A DNA stretch of 63,641 nucleotides, filler included, from Octopus bimaculoides (taxonomy: Eukaryota), in NCBI RefSeq assembly GCF_001194135.2. It is 6 parts of 6 records of this genome, joined end to end, with 100 filler letters (N's around TTAATTAATTAA, not from the genome) between each part and the next. Parts side by side here need not be neighbours in the genome. Positions count along the whole stretch, not along the records: positions 1 to 25,407 come from NC_068987.1; 5 more parts are not named here. One strand, written 5' to 3'. The position numbers and the translations under genes are program-made. Within the stretch, counting starts at the first letter, position 1. Each line of letters starts with the position of its first letter. The notes below the pieces were generated by a model, which was given only the letters and a program-made list of their open reading frames with translations, was not told the DNA's origin and ran no database searches. Positions 12,183-25,507 of this stretch are shown in pieces.

Positions 12183-13432
12183 TATTCAAGGCACTGCCTG
12201 GAATTGAACTCGGAATCTTGGGGTCAGTTTATGTGACGGGCATCCACACAATTTCCGTCGATCAAATTTACTCTGAAGGCATTGGTCGACCAGGGACAAT
12301 AGTAGAAGACACTTGCCCACGCAGTGGGACTAAACCTAAATCCATATGGTTGTAAAACGAACCTCTTAACCACACAGCCATGTCTGCATTATATAAATAT
12401 TCTTTTATGTATTTACAGTTCATTTGCCCGTATTTTTCGTCTATCAATCGATCTTTTCTCTCGTATTTTTGAGCTGTTTCTCATGTATTTCTTTGTCACA
12501 ATTGCTCGTTAGATTTGGTGTATTTTTAAAGAAAAGACTAGAAGTTAATCACTCTAACAGAAACAGAAATTTATTATATTTGCAAAATATATTTCTATGA
12601 AAGTGGAATTGCGTAGAAATGGCGGCGTGGTGATCGCCTCCACATGAAACTACTGGTAACCACAATGATGAAGTTGTTGGCGTAAGTACGTTTGTTGATA
12701 CCAGACTGTCTGGTGTTAGACGGTTGTCGACTAAAGCAAACTGTTACTTTATTGATTTATATTCGGGTCATTGGGGTACGACGAATAACATAGCATAATT
12801 TATTAACAACATCATCTTCCAGCATTTAACCAATTTAGTGAGAACACATCATTTAATTACAATTTCTTCAGTTTAACAGCAGTTAAATTAAATTTGTACG
12901 TTACTCTCTGAAATATTGCTTTTGATACTTAACGTATTTTTCTTCCAGCTTATTAATACGAACTTCTCGATTACCCCATCAAAATTATCAACTCCTCCGA
13001 ACACATCAATTTATATTCTCACATAGAAAATTCTAATACCGATTCACAATCCATTACTTTATAAATTACCACCATAGTCAACTAATTCTACTTTATTTGA
13101 TATGATACATTTATTGTTTTTAAAAATTTTTTTATTACATATTAGTTATTTTCCGCCATAGTACTTGTTTCTTTAAATTGTTTAAATAGACGCATCACAC
13201 ATTACACATATTTTTTCTTCCATTTTTATAAATTAAATCCAATTTATCATCGAGCTTAAACTCATCCTGAGTTAATCTTCGTTCACATAAAATTTCCAAT
13301 ACTAAAATACTGACAACAGATAATGTATCCTATAATTTCAGACTTCGGAAATTGTAACATCATATTATAACATCATTATCTTTATACATAGGCTATGCAT
13401 ATGCATGTATGAGTGTATAAATATTATTATTA

Positions 13433-13487
<55 letters not shown>

Positions 13488-13554
13488 CATTATTAATCAT
13501 TATAACTATCATTGTTGTCGTCGTCGTTGTTGTTGTTTACTTTTAATCTCCATG

Positions 13555-13812
13555 TTTTGTTATAATCACTTACCGAGACACACCCAGCGTCCTAGGGCGA
13601 ATGAAGGATTAGAAATGTTACAGAATGGCTGAAAGCTTGGCGGGAAGGGGAATTGGCAGGAGCAGTAGCGAAATATCTTCGTGTACTTGGAAGTACTTGT
13701 CAGCACAACTTTTTGGATTTCTCTGAGATATGGTTCTCCTGGGATGTCATATAGATGTTTCTGACATCCCTTTTTTATCATACGTAGGGCACCTACAATA
13801 AAAGGAACAGTT
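13555..13812 (-). mobile_element. Second R4/Dong-like 3' fragment (different subfamily)
   Basis: ITVPFIVGALRMIKKGCQKHLYDIPGEPYLREIQKVVLTST; abuts (ATT)n at its 5' truncation point. Confidence 0.7.
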
Positions 13813-15799
13813 ATTATTATTATTATTATTATTATTTTTACTATCATCTTGTATTAGGAGGACTACATCACTATTATTTCTTTTTTGTTTTTACCTTGGT
13901 ATACTTTGCATATTCCGCTTCCTTTTCATTGTATACCCTGTATACTTTTTTTCTTTTTTGGTCTTTATTATCATTTTATCATTTCATTATATAGAGAACC
14001 CCACACTTTATGTCTGTTTTTGATTTGTCCCTCGACCTTCACCCTGATCTTAAATAAGAGAAATCATTGTTGTTGTTGTTTTTGTTGTTGCTGTTGCTGT
14101 TGTTGTTGTTGTTGTTTTTGTTGTTGCTGTGCTCCATTCAATTATAACATTTTATTGAGATATTGAATTGTCTGTTTAACTTTGTTTTATTTCATTTCAT
14201 TTTTATTCTCTTTTGCAGAACAAATTCACAGTGAAACACACACACACAAACACACACATATACATTTGTATGTATGCATGTATATATACAGAAAGATAAA
14301 TGCATACATACATATAATATATATAGGTAGGTGTATATATTTATATATGTATATATCTATATATGTATATACGTATATATTCATATACATATATACAGGT
14401 ATACATGTATATATTTATATAAATAATTTAACATTAAATTGTACGACAAATAATCAGTGTTCAGGAGCGTGTTTCCATTCTTGTTTTTCAATAATGTCCT
14501 TTGATATGAATCCTGCGTTTGAATATAACGCAGCGCAAATAGAAAAACAAAAAACAAGACAAAACATACGAGATTGTTTATATTTAGTTGCATCCTACGT
14601 ACGTTTCGTTAACTTAAAGTGAGTGTTAGTTACATAATGTAAATTATATAAGTAACACTTATTTCCAAGTCACCAGAGACGTATAACTTCGACAATATTA
14701 CTGGAATGACATGATGCTGACAGAATTCGCTATTGTGGAGATGGTACGTGTCTTTACTTAATTAACTTGGGGAATTATTTTGTATCTGGCAACACAGGAA
14801 TAAAATTTACATACAACACGGGTGGGGGTGCATGCAGGAGATAAAACCTTGCTAGGGAGAGTGGATTCCACACGGTTTCTATCTACTAAATTCACTCACG
14901 AGGCATTGGTTGGCTCGGGGCTATAGTAGAATGTAGAAGGGGCCACGCAGTGGAACTTAAACCCGAAAACACATGGTTTCAAAACGATCTTCTTAACCAG
15001 GCAGGTATGCCTTCCCCTATTTTATACAATTGTCACGCAACAAATACCTGAGCGACACGCTCAACGTAATTAACTGCCTCCTAACGTTAAAACATATAAA
15101 ACAACTTAATTTGAAAGAACAATTACTGCATAGCAAAATAACACAACTTCCGTCGCAGATATTCTATTACAAGACACACAGGCTTAACACAAATAAAACG
15201 CCAGAAACGACAAAACAAACAAAAGTTCTCAATTTCTAGTTTATTCATAGCAAAATATATTAACTGTTTCTCTTAGCTCACAACGTAATATTTTTCTTTA
15301 AACTAATTTGTCCTTTAAAAATATATTTTACTAATATACGGAACATCAAAAATAGATATTAATAAAAGAATAAACAGAACAAAGCACAATAGATATAACA
15401 TTAATGAAACAAGTCTACGTTTCCAAAAAATTAATACCGCAACATACAATCGCAGAAATACGGATGTGCACTTTGATGATGTAGTAAGCCTCGCATGAAA
15501 CGAATGCATACACGATTGTAGTAACAGTAATGATATTAAAGAACAGCAGCGGTTTCAAGTACAACGTCATCAAATACATCAACAATAACCCCAGCGACAG
15601 CGGCATCAATAACAACAACAACCAGAGCAAAAATAACAACATTATTCCAACGGTATAAGCAAAAGCAAGAGCAGACGACATCAATTGATTGTTCAAACAA
15701 GGGCAACGGCTCTTTGGTGTCTGTTAAATAATATTAAAAGTATTGAGCTACAAATGGATATTAGATATACCTTAGTTATTCTTCCCTCTGACACACACA

Positions 15800-15861
<62 letters not shown>

Positions 15862-16324
15862 CTGTCTCTCCCTCTCTTTCTTTCACTCGTACACATATTT
15901 GTTAAGACCAGTTTTTATATGTGTGTGTCTGTGTGTGTGTCTGTGTGTGTGTGTGTGTGTGTATGTGTGTGCATATATACATACATGTATATAGACTCAT
16001 AGATTGATAGATATGTAGATACATACATAAATATATGTTTGTTGTATGTATACATATATGTATGTATATATACACACACGCGCACACAATCTGACACACA
16101 TGCACACACTCTCGCCTTTCTCTCTCTCTCTCTCTCTTACATACACATGTATACATACCTGTGTATATACACACACACACACATAGGTATCTTTTACTTG
16201 TTTCATTCATTAGACTGCGGCCATGCTGGTGTGTACATACACACACACATACATACAAACATATTTGTGGTGGGGTCTATATGTGAGTATCTCTCTGTGT
16301 GTAGGGGGTCTATATGTGAGTTTC

Positions 16325-16374
<50 letters not shown>

Positions 16375-16435
16375 AGAGAGAGAGAGAAAGATACACAGAG
16401 ACAGAGAGAGACAGAGACAGAGAGAGACAGACAGT

Positions 16436-16477
<42 letters not shown>

Positions 16478-16731
16478 GATAGTGAGGAGAGAGTCTGTCA
16501 GCCACTCTGTAATGAATGATATTATTTGTAAATTACAATTCGAAATACAAAAGAGAGACATGCGTACAGGCGATATTCCAGTGCTATTACTATTACGTAT
16601 CGAGTAGTCGCCTTTTTGACTATACTTCGGAATCGCTTACTATCTACCGTTTCTCATATTTTCTACGTAATCCTATTATGCTTACTAATTTCAAATTGTG
16701 TTACTTTCTGTTCGCAATTTTATTTGTCAGT

Positions 16732-17550
16732 TACAAGGTGCATTCCAGAAGTTTTGAGACTCTTTCAAGAGGCATTTATTAATTTGAAAGAAGTACAAAC
16801 TCTATTCTCCTTAAAAGTAAGATCCTCTGATCGCCATGCACTTGTAGTACTGCAGCCTTTTGTAAGAGCCCCGTGGAAGTCCTCCAAATTGAAGATGTCC
16901 AGGGCTTTTGTCATAGCCTCATTCACCTTCTCTTTGTCTTTAAAATAACTGCTTCTAAGGTTCCCTTTCAGCTTGGGAAACAGCTAAAAATCACAGGGAG
17001 GCAGGTCTGAATTGTAGGAAGCATGAAGGACAGTCTTGATGCCCATCTCTGTCAAGTAGTTTGTTACCGGGATGGAACTGTAATAGACTGCTGCATTGTC
17101 CCGGTGCAGTTGCCACCGACCTGGGTAGAAGAAATCGGGGATTTTGCGACAAAATGTCTTCCTGACTCCCTCAAAACCTCCACGAAATACTCTTTGTTGA
17201 CGGGCTAGTTTGAGGGAGTCCAGTGTATGTACATATTGGACATGATGCAGATACAGTCGAAAAAGGGATTTATCCTGAACTTCCCGGTGGATTACTTTGC
17301 CTGGCGTTCTTGGGTCTGGAAGAGCCAGGATTCTTCCATTGCGTACTCTGTCTCTTAGTCTCTGGCTCATAAAAAGTAGATTCAGCTTTCGTCATAGATC
17401 ATCAGAGATTCAAATACTTTTGGAATGGAGAAAATGAGCTCCATCTCCCAGCTGTCACCAACGTTTTCCTTCGATGCGCAATACTGACCACCACATTGGG
17501 AACAAACTTTGCACAAATTTTGCGCTTCTTCAGATCTTCATGAATAATTC
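16732..17550 (-). mobile_element. Mariner (Tc1/mariner) transposase pseudogene, 3' part with one end
   Basis: Minus-strand fragments KICAKFVP, YDES*IYFYEPETKRQS, LHRDNA and HASYNSDLPPCDF*LFPKLK match the mariner WVP / TGDE / HDNA / YSPDLAPxD motifs; frameshifts and stops present. Confidence 0.9.
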
Positions 17551-17564
17551 TTTTCTTTTTTTCT

Positions 17565-17816
17565 TTTATCTGTTTCAGTCATTTGACTGCGGTCATGCTG
17601 GAGCACCACATTGAAATTTTAGTCGAACAAATCGACTCTATGAGTTATTTTTCAAGCCTAGTGCTTAGTCTATCGGTCTCTTTTGCCAAACCGCTAGATT
17701 GCGAGGACGTAAACACACCAACACCAGCTGTCAAGCAGTACTGGGGGGGGGAGACAAACACAGACACACACACAAAGATATATACATATATATATATGTG
17801 TGTATGTATGCATGTG

Positions 17817-17858
<42 letters not shown>

Positions 17859-18084
17859 TACATATATATATATATACATATATANNNNNNNNNNNNNNNN
17901 NNNNNNNNNNNNNNNNNNNNNNNNNNNNNNNNNNNNNNNNNNNNNNNNNNNNNNNNNNNNNNNNNNNNNNNNNNNNNNNNNNNNNNNNNNNNNNNNNNNN
18001 NNNNNNNNNNNNNNNNNNNNNNNNNNNNNNNNNNNNNNNNNNNNNNNNNNNNNNNNNNNNNNNNNNNNNNNNNNNNNNNNNNNN

Positions 18085-18130
<46 letters not shown>

Positions 18131-18250
18131 GACGGGCTTCTTTCAGTTTCCGTCTACCGAATCTACTCACAAGGATTTAGTCGGTCCGAGGTTATACCAG
18201 AAGAAACTTGCCCAAGGTGTCACGCAGTGGGACTGAACCCGGAACCAGTT
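17565..18250 (-). mobile_element. SINE family A with internal (TA)n/(GA)n expansion and assembly gap
   Basis: Family-A tail at 17565-17760 and family-A head at 18130-18250 flank the gap. Confidence 0.8.
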
Positions 18251-18820
18251 GCCACACCAATCCAGACTGTATGATTATTGTCTTTATAGACACACAACAG
18301 TCTTCATCCAGAAAACTGCAAACTTTCTCAACCAGCTCTAATGTCTCCTTGTCTCCTTCTCACATTTTTGCATCTTCACTCACCACCTTGCAACCAACTT
18401 TGATCCTCTTGTTCCAGCGAAAGCCTGATGCACAAAATAAAAGCACGCTTGCGAACATCTTAGCAACGCAACCGCTTTTGTGATTATTAATAAATAGAAA
18501 ACTATATTAATTCAGGATGCGCCGCTCTAAATTTGGTATAGGTAATGCAGACGGGTAGATTACAAAAATTCATTTAGACATATTTACAAAAGTTCAGCTT
18601 TGTAACATGGAATATTTGCAGCTCTTTATAAAGATGAAAAGCGTAAGATACCTTTTGTCTTTTATTTATTTCGGTTACTAGACTGCGACCATGCTGGGGC
18701 AATTCATTGGCGGGTTTTAGTCGAAAAAAAGGGCCCCTGTATTTATATTCTTTCAAGTTTAGTACTTATTCCATCTATCTCTTTTACTGACTCGCTAATT
18801 ACGAGGACGTAAACAAACCA

Positions 18821-18856
<36 letters not shown>

Positions 18857-19409
18857 ACATATATGCACAAACACACATATATATATATATATGTATANNN
18901 NNNNNNNNNNNNNNNNNNNNNNNNNNNNNNNNNNNNNNNNNNNNNNNNNNNNNNNNNNNNNNNNNNNNNNNNNNNNNNNNNNNNNNNNNNNNNNNNNNNN
19001 NNNNNNNNNNNNNNNNNNNNNNNNNNNNNNNNNNNNNNNNNNNNNNNNNNNNNNNNNNNNNNNNNNNNNNNNNNNNNNNNNNNNNNNNNNNNNNNNNNNN
19101 NNNNNNNNNNNNNNNNNNNNNNNNNNNNNNNNNNNNNNNNNNNNNNNNNNNNNNNNNNNNNNNNNNNNNNNNNNNNNNNNNNNNNNNNNNNNNNNNNNNN
19201 NNNNNNNNNNNNNNNNNNNNNNNNNNNNNNNNNNNNNNNNNNNNCCGCACACAGAGATTGAACCTGAGAACAGGTTTCCAGAACTAGGTTCTTGACGAAG
19301 CAGCCATGACTATTGAAACTCTTTCTAGAAAAGCAATCAATGAAATCTACATAGAAACGTACACGTACACCCCACCACACACACACACACACACAGAAGC
19401 ATAAATGTA

Positions 19410-19575
19410 TTCTTTTCTACTCTAGACACAAGGCCCGAAATTTTGGGGGAGGGGGACCAGTCGATTAGATCAACCACAGTGCGCAACTGGTACTTAATTT
19501 ATCGACTCCGAAAGGATGAAAGGCAAAGTCCACCTCGGCGGAATTTGAACTCAGAACGTAAACACAGACGAAATA
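19410..19575 (-). mobile_element. SINE family B, partial
   Basis: ccagtcgattagatc...caactggtacttaatttatcgactccgaaaggatgaaaggcaaagtc core. Confidence 0.8.
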
Positions 19576-20013
19576 TTAGCATGAATGTATTGCGTATACG
19601 ATTGCTGTACGAGTGTATATATATGTGTGATTACCTGAGTGTGTCTTCGAGTGCGTACGTGAATGAGGCCCCTTAATAATATATCTTGTTTGTCTCGCGC
19701 TAAAGCAGTTTGTGCAGGAGGAGAGGGTTAACCGCCGCCGCCACAAGAGATAACATCTGGTTCTAATCCTTGGAGAACACATTAATTCAATTTCGAAATT
19801 TTCTGTGGAGTTTTACGTATTCTGCCTTTCCTCCCACTCACATTTCAAATTGATCTCACCAGCTGATATCTATCTACCAAACGATTGATTTATCTATCTG
19901 TTGTAAGGAATTAGTAATAATGGTACACCCCTCCCGCGTCACGAATGGAATAACTTAGTCACTATAAGTAAAGAGAGGTACGTGAAGTACCAGAACACAT
20001 AGTAGGAAAAAAT

Positions 20014-20877
20014 AACTCTTTTACTTGTTTCAGTCATTTGACTGCGGTCATGCTGGAACACTGCCTTTAGTCGAACAAATCGACCCCAGGACTTATTCTT
20101 TGGAAGCCTAGTACTTATTCTATCGGTCTCTTTTAGCCGAACCGCTAGGTTACGAGGACGTAAACACACCACCATCGGTTGTCAAGCGATGTTGGGGGGG
20201 TCAAATACAGATACACAAACATAAACACCCACATACGTATATATACATATATACGACGGGCTTCTTTCAGTTTCCGTCTACCAAATCCACTCACAAGGCT
20301 TTGGTCGGCCCGAGGCTATAGTAGGAAACACTTGCCCAAAGTGCCACACAGTGGGAATGAACCTGGAACCATGTGGTTGGTAAGCAAGCTACTTACCACA
20401 CAGCCACTCCTGCGCCTCTGTTATNNNNNNNNNNNNNNNNNNNNNNNNNNNNNNNNNNNNNNNNNNAACTCTTTTACTTGTTTCAGTCATTTGACTGCGG
20501 TCATGCTGGAACACTGCCTTTAGTCGAACAAATCGACCCCAGGACTTATTCTTTGGAAGCCTAGTACTTATTCTATCGGTCTCTTTTAGCCGAACCGCTA
20601 GGTTACGAGGACGTAAACACACCACCATCGGTTGTCAAGCGATGTTGGGGGGGTCAAATACAGATACACAAACATAAACACCCACATACGTATATATACA
20701 TATATACGACGGGCTTCTTTCAGTTTCCGTCTACCAAATCCACTCACAAGGCTTTGGTCGGCCCGAGGCTATAGTAGGAAACACTTGCCCAAAGTGCCAC
20801 ACAGTGGGAATGAACCTGGAACCATGTGGTTGGTAAGCAAGCTACTTACCACACAGCCACTCCTGCGCCTCTGTTAT
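20014..20877 (-). repeat. SINE family A present twice as identical 411-bp copies around a 42-N gap (probable assembly overlap)
   Basis: 20014-20424 and 20467-20877 appear identical base for base; the ORF track shows the same peptides twice. Confidence 0.9.
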
Positions 20878-21545
20878 GTTTTAATACACAGTTATTTTGG
20901 CGAGTTTTTTTCTTTTCTTCGAATTGACAGTTTTGTTTGCCTGTTCAGTTGCTGTGGTGAAGCTTTGATTGTTTTGTGCTGCTTTGCCGCAGTTTGGTCG
21001 TGCTTTCTCTCACCGAGAGTTAGTAATAGCTAGCAAAAAGAATTCATTTTACTCAGTCCTCAGCGGGTCAGAGTTGTCAACATCCGAAGAAGAACTGTTA
21101 AGGACTATTGCGGTTATGGACAAGGAATTGGAAAAGAGGAAGTTCGCAGAAGTCGCCCGAGAATCGGATGACAATGTGGTGATCGAAATAGATAAATTCA
21201 AAAAACTACTAAGTCGAGACGGTTACAACGTGCAAGTGACCCCCTCCGCATGAAACGACAAAAATAATGAGAGGAAGAACGACAATGTACAAGACCGACT
21301 CTATCAAGAAAGGAAAAATTGACCACGTGACAACAAAGCAAGTAGAGGGGGTGTTGAGGCCAATCTGGCAAGAAATAGCATATCTTGCCCAGAGGGCCGA
21401 AATTTGAAGAAATTGAAGTATGGTTCATAAATGAAAACATGGCGAAAAACACGCGGCAACACCACTAAAGAACGAAGAGTTAGTACTTCTACCCACGTAC
21501 CTGGGACAGAGAACATCTCGGGTAAGGGTAGAAGGAATTTAATTT
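20878..21545 (+). mobile_element. 5' UTR and ORF1 remnant of a LINE (L1/Tx1-like), truncated by a Gypsy insertion
   Basis: T-rich leader, then KKNSFYSVLSGSELSTSEEELLRTIAVMDKELEKRK... and, after frameshifts, LLPTYLGQRTSRVRVEGI, ending at the Gypsy LTR. Family assignment is from recall. Confidence 0.4.
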
Positions 21546-21547
21546 TA

Positions 21548-23490
21548 TGTTTTTTGTATCATTATTATATGTCCCGAATGTAGTGTATGTCCCTCTTTGT
21601 CGACCCCTAGTGGTTAATAAAAAATGGAGAGAACATAGTAGGCGGTCAGAGATAGTCTTGTCTTTACTGGTTTTACTAAGTACATTGTATACCGAAGTGG
21701 TGTTTATAACAATCCAGCATTTTAAGGATTAATGCAGTGGCGACGAGGATTTAATCAACTCACGATGAATGACGAGAATCACGAGGAGTTAACAAACTCG
21801 TAAAAGATTTTGCTGAGCAAATTTTATGAAAACAAAAAATCGTAAAATTATGGAAAATTTGTTGGCCGGTTTGCTCGAGTTGCAAAAACAGCATCAACAG
21901 CAGCTGAAAGAACAGCAGCAGCAGCAGCAGATAGACCTGCAACAGCAACAACAAATAATATTACAGCAACAAATGCTGCAATTATTGAAGTCGTCAGGAA
22001 AGTCATAAAAAGTGTTCTCGACAGACTGAGTGGCGAACTCCATAACAGAGTTCAAATACGAACCTGACGAAGGAGTTACCTTCCAAGCATACTACAGAAG
22101 ACATTAGCAAATCTCCGATAAAGGATTTAAAGATTGGGACCACGAGATGTAAACGCGCTTAACCTTGAGAAAACTGGCGACAACAGAACATGGACGATAC
22201 AGCAATTATGCACTCTCAAGAAAACCAATAACTTTAATGACACAATAGATATATTGTGTTAAAATTTTCAGTGAAAAAAGCTCATTGTTCAACACACGTT
22301 GGAAGTGTCTGAACATAGAGAAAAACAACAACGAGGACTACACCACATATGCTGGTAGAGTAAACAAGGAAAGCGAGAAGTTTGAACTGGACGAATTAAC
22401 GCCAGATATGTTCAAATGCCTGATTTTTAAACAGAGACTTATTGCCGAAAAGAACGCAGAAGTTAGAACTAGAATTCTCGCTAAGCTGGAACAAAACCAG
22501 GATGTAACCCTACAGCAAGTGTCAGAAGAATGTGAAAGAATAGTCAAATTAAGACACGACACTGAAGAAATTGAACGTAAAGATTGTTTCCAAGTAAATC
22601 AAGTGCGAAATAGTCGAGTAGAGATAAAGTGCTTTCTTAAAAAAAAACACAACAAAAATCAGGAAATAAACCCATGTTTTGCATAAGGAGGTATACACCT
22701 GAAGAAAGGTTGTCCATTAAAAAAAAAACCCAGAGTGCTTTCGTTGTGGTGATGTAGGACATAGAAAGACGCACTGTAGAACGAAAATAACCAAACGTCA
22801 GAACAAAGGAAAAAGAATAAACATTATGTCATCGGAAGAAATTGATAATATAATGATGAGGAAATTCATGAAGGTGAAAATCAGAAATACAAGTGTTTAA
22901 AATGCAGTTGGACACTGGTAGTGATATCACCATTATAAACGAAAACAAAAATTGGAAATATGTTGGTAAGCCGAAATTAAATACATCAAAAAAGGTGGCA
23001 GATGGTGTTAGAGGAAAAAGATTGTTTTTTCGGTGAATTTGTATATAATGTAACATTTCGAGGTCAAACGAAAAAGGCAAAGATATATGTATGAAAAGAT
23101 TCACTTTTTCTATTTGGCACAGATCGGATGGAACTGTTCAAGTTGAGGAATACGCTCATAAGTGTTTTGAGTGGAAATAGAGTCGGTTCAGTCGAAGGTT
23201 CGAATGCGGCTGAAGACTGAAACAAAAAATTACAGTAAAACAGAGTAAACCAAAACGAAATGAAAAATGACCCACGATAAAAAATAAACATTGTTCAAAA
23301 GTAGATGTTCTGTGATCGAGACTGCACATCGATTTCGCTGGTCCTTTAAACGGTTCACACTACCTCGTAGTAGTTGATAGTTTGTCGAAATGGCCTGAAA
23401 TTTGCAAGTGTAAAAAACCAGCCTCCACAACTGTAATAATTTTTTTTACACAAATTGTTTTCAAGATTTGGCATCCCAGACAAGATAGTT
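21548..23490 (+). mobile_element. Ty3/Gypsy LTR retrotransposon fragment: LTR-like segment, PBS, gag, protease, then integrase (RT/RNase H missing)
   Basis: PBS-like tggcgacgag at 21738-21747; gag with poly-Q and LFNTRWKCLNIEK...FKCLIF; protease MQLDTGSDITIINE near 22905; integrase RLHIDFAGPLNGSHYLVVVDSLSKWPEI near 23320, ending RFGIPDKIVF. Confidence 0.9.
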
Positions 23491-23499
23491 TTCAGCCTT

Positions 23500-23760
23500 A
23501 TTAGGTTTTCATCAGAGGTCTTTGTATCACTTGACCAAATAGTCAATTTCTTTCTATACACAGTAAATCCAGTTGCTAATTTTGCGTATTTAACGTGGAA
23601 GATTAATGGGTGAGATGGGTACTGATGACAGAACAAGAACTCCTGAAATATGTCATATACGCCCATTACCCATTTCTCATCTTCGATCTCATTATCGCTG
23701 ATTATACCAGGCGTCTCGGATACGAAACGCCGTAACAAAATCAGTGCTAGATATAATCTC
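23500..23760 (-). other. Unassigned open, complex-composition reading frame
   Basis: LLRRFVSETPGIISDNEIEDEKWVMGVYDIFQEFLFCHQYPSHPLIFHVKYAKLATGFTVYRKKLTIWSSDTKTSDENLIRLK; no recognised motif, no convincing splice sites. Confidence 0.25.
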
Positions 23761-23814
23761 TATCGCTAATTTGTAGAGCTAATCTTAACAGTTTTATTTG
23801 ATATAAGCGAACCA

Positions 23815-24030
23815 AGGCGGCGAGCTGGCAGAGACGTTAGCTTTTCGGGCGAAATGCTGAGCGGTATTTCGTCTGTCTTTACGTTCTGAGTTCAAATTCT
23901 GCCGAGGTCGATTTTGCTTTTCATCCTTTCGGGGTCGATAAATTAAGTACCAGTGGCGTACTGGAGTCGATCTAATCGATTGGCTCCCTCCCCAAAAATT
24001 TCGGGCCTTGTGCCTAGAGTAGAAAAGAAT
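23815..24030 (+). mobile_element. SINE family B, full length
   Basis: aaggcggcgagctggcagagacgttagc...cctttcggggtcgataaattaagtaccag...gggccttgtgcctagagtagaaaagaat. Confidence 0.9.
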
Positions 24031-25407
24031 ATAATTGAACTGCGAACAGCTATCTCAGTCCACACTGTATCTAAGTGTGATATANNNNNNNNNNNNNNNN
24101 NNNNNNNNNNNNNNNNNNNNNNNNNNNNNNNNNNNNNNNNNNNNNNNNNNNNNNNNNNNNNNNNNNNNNNNNNNNNNNNNNNNNNNNNNNNNNNNNNNNN
24201 NNNNNNNNNNNNNNNNNNNNNNNNNNNNNNNNNNNNNNNNNNNNNNNNNNNNNNNNNNNNNNNNNNNNNNNNNNNNNNNNNNNNNNNNNNNNNNNNNNNN
24301 NNNNNNNNNNNNNNNNNNNNNNNNNNNNNNNNNNNNNNNNNNNNNNNNNNNNNNNNNNNNNNNNNNNNNNNNNNNNNNNNNNNNNNNNNNNNNNNNNNNN
24401 NNNNNNNNNNNNNNNNNNNNNNNNNNNNNNNNNNNNNNNNNNNNNNNNNNNNNNNNNNNNNNNNNNNNNNNNNNNNNNNNNNNNNNNNNNNNNNNNNNNN
24501 NNNNNNNNNNNNNNNNNNNNNNNNNNNNNNNNNNNNNNNNNNNNNNNNNNNNNNNNNNNNNNNNNNNNNNNNNNNNNNNNNNNNNNNNNNNNNNNNNNNN
24601 NNNNNNNNNNNNNNNNNNNNNNNNNNNNNNNNNNNNNNNNNNNNNNNNNNNNNNNNNNNNNNNNNNNNNNNNNNNNNNNNNNNNNNNNNNNNNNNNNNNN
24701 NNNNNNNNNNNNNNNNNNNNNNNNNNNNNNNNNNNNNNNNNNNNNNNNNNNNNNNNNNNNNNNNNNNNNNNNNNNNNNNNNNNNNNNNNNNNNNNNNNNN
24801 NNNNNNNNNNNNNNNNNNNNNNNNNNNNNNNNNNNNNNNNNNNNNNNNNNNNNNNNNNNNNNNNNATATATATATATATATATATATACATATATACGAC
24901 GGACTTCTTTCAGTTTCCGTCTACCAAATCCACTCACAAGGCTTTGGTCGGCCCGAGGCTATAGTAGAAGACACTTGCCCAAGGTGCCACGCAGTGGGAC
25001 TGAACCCGGAGCCATGTGGTTGGTAAGCAACCGACTTACCACACAGCCACTCGAAGTTTGGTGCTTATTCTATCGGAATCTATATGCCAAACTACTAGGT
25101 ACCCGGGAAATAAGCAAACCAGCACCGGTTGTCAAGCAGTGGCAGTTGTGGTGGGGGAAAACACACACAGAAAGACACACACATTGGTATGCAGACACAC
25201 ATACACACACATGCACACACACATATACGATGGGCTTCTTTCAGTTTTGTCTACCAAATCCATACACAAGACTTTTGGTGACTCGGGGCCATAGTAGAGG
25301 ACATTTCCTTAAGCTGGAGGAGATGTTATCCTGGGGCTAAAAGCAACAGTAACATCCACCCTTAGGGGTCAGCCACATTTAAATGGCAAATATACTTCAC
25401 TTTATAT

Positions 25408-25507
25408 NNNNNNNNNNNNNNNNNNNNNNNNNNNNNNNNNNNNNNNNNNNNTTAATTAATTAANNNNNNNNNNNNNNNNNNNNNNNNNNNNNNNNNNNNN
25501 NNNNNNN
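25408..25507. other. Artificial scaffold join: 44 N + TTAATTAATTAA + 44 N
   Basis: The same 100-bp construct occurs at 35433-35532, 58890-58989, 60995-61094 and 62239-62338; the 12-mer has stops in all six frames. Confidence 0.95.

Noticed and set aside
20014-20877. Apparent tandem SINE duplication
   Set aside because: Identical copies abutting a short gap are the signature of an unmerged contig overlap.
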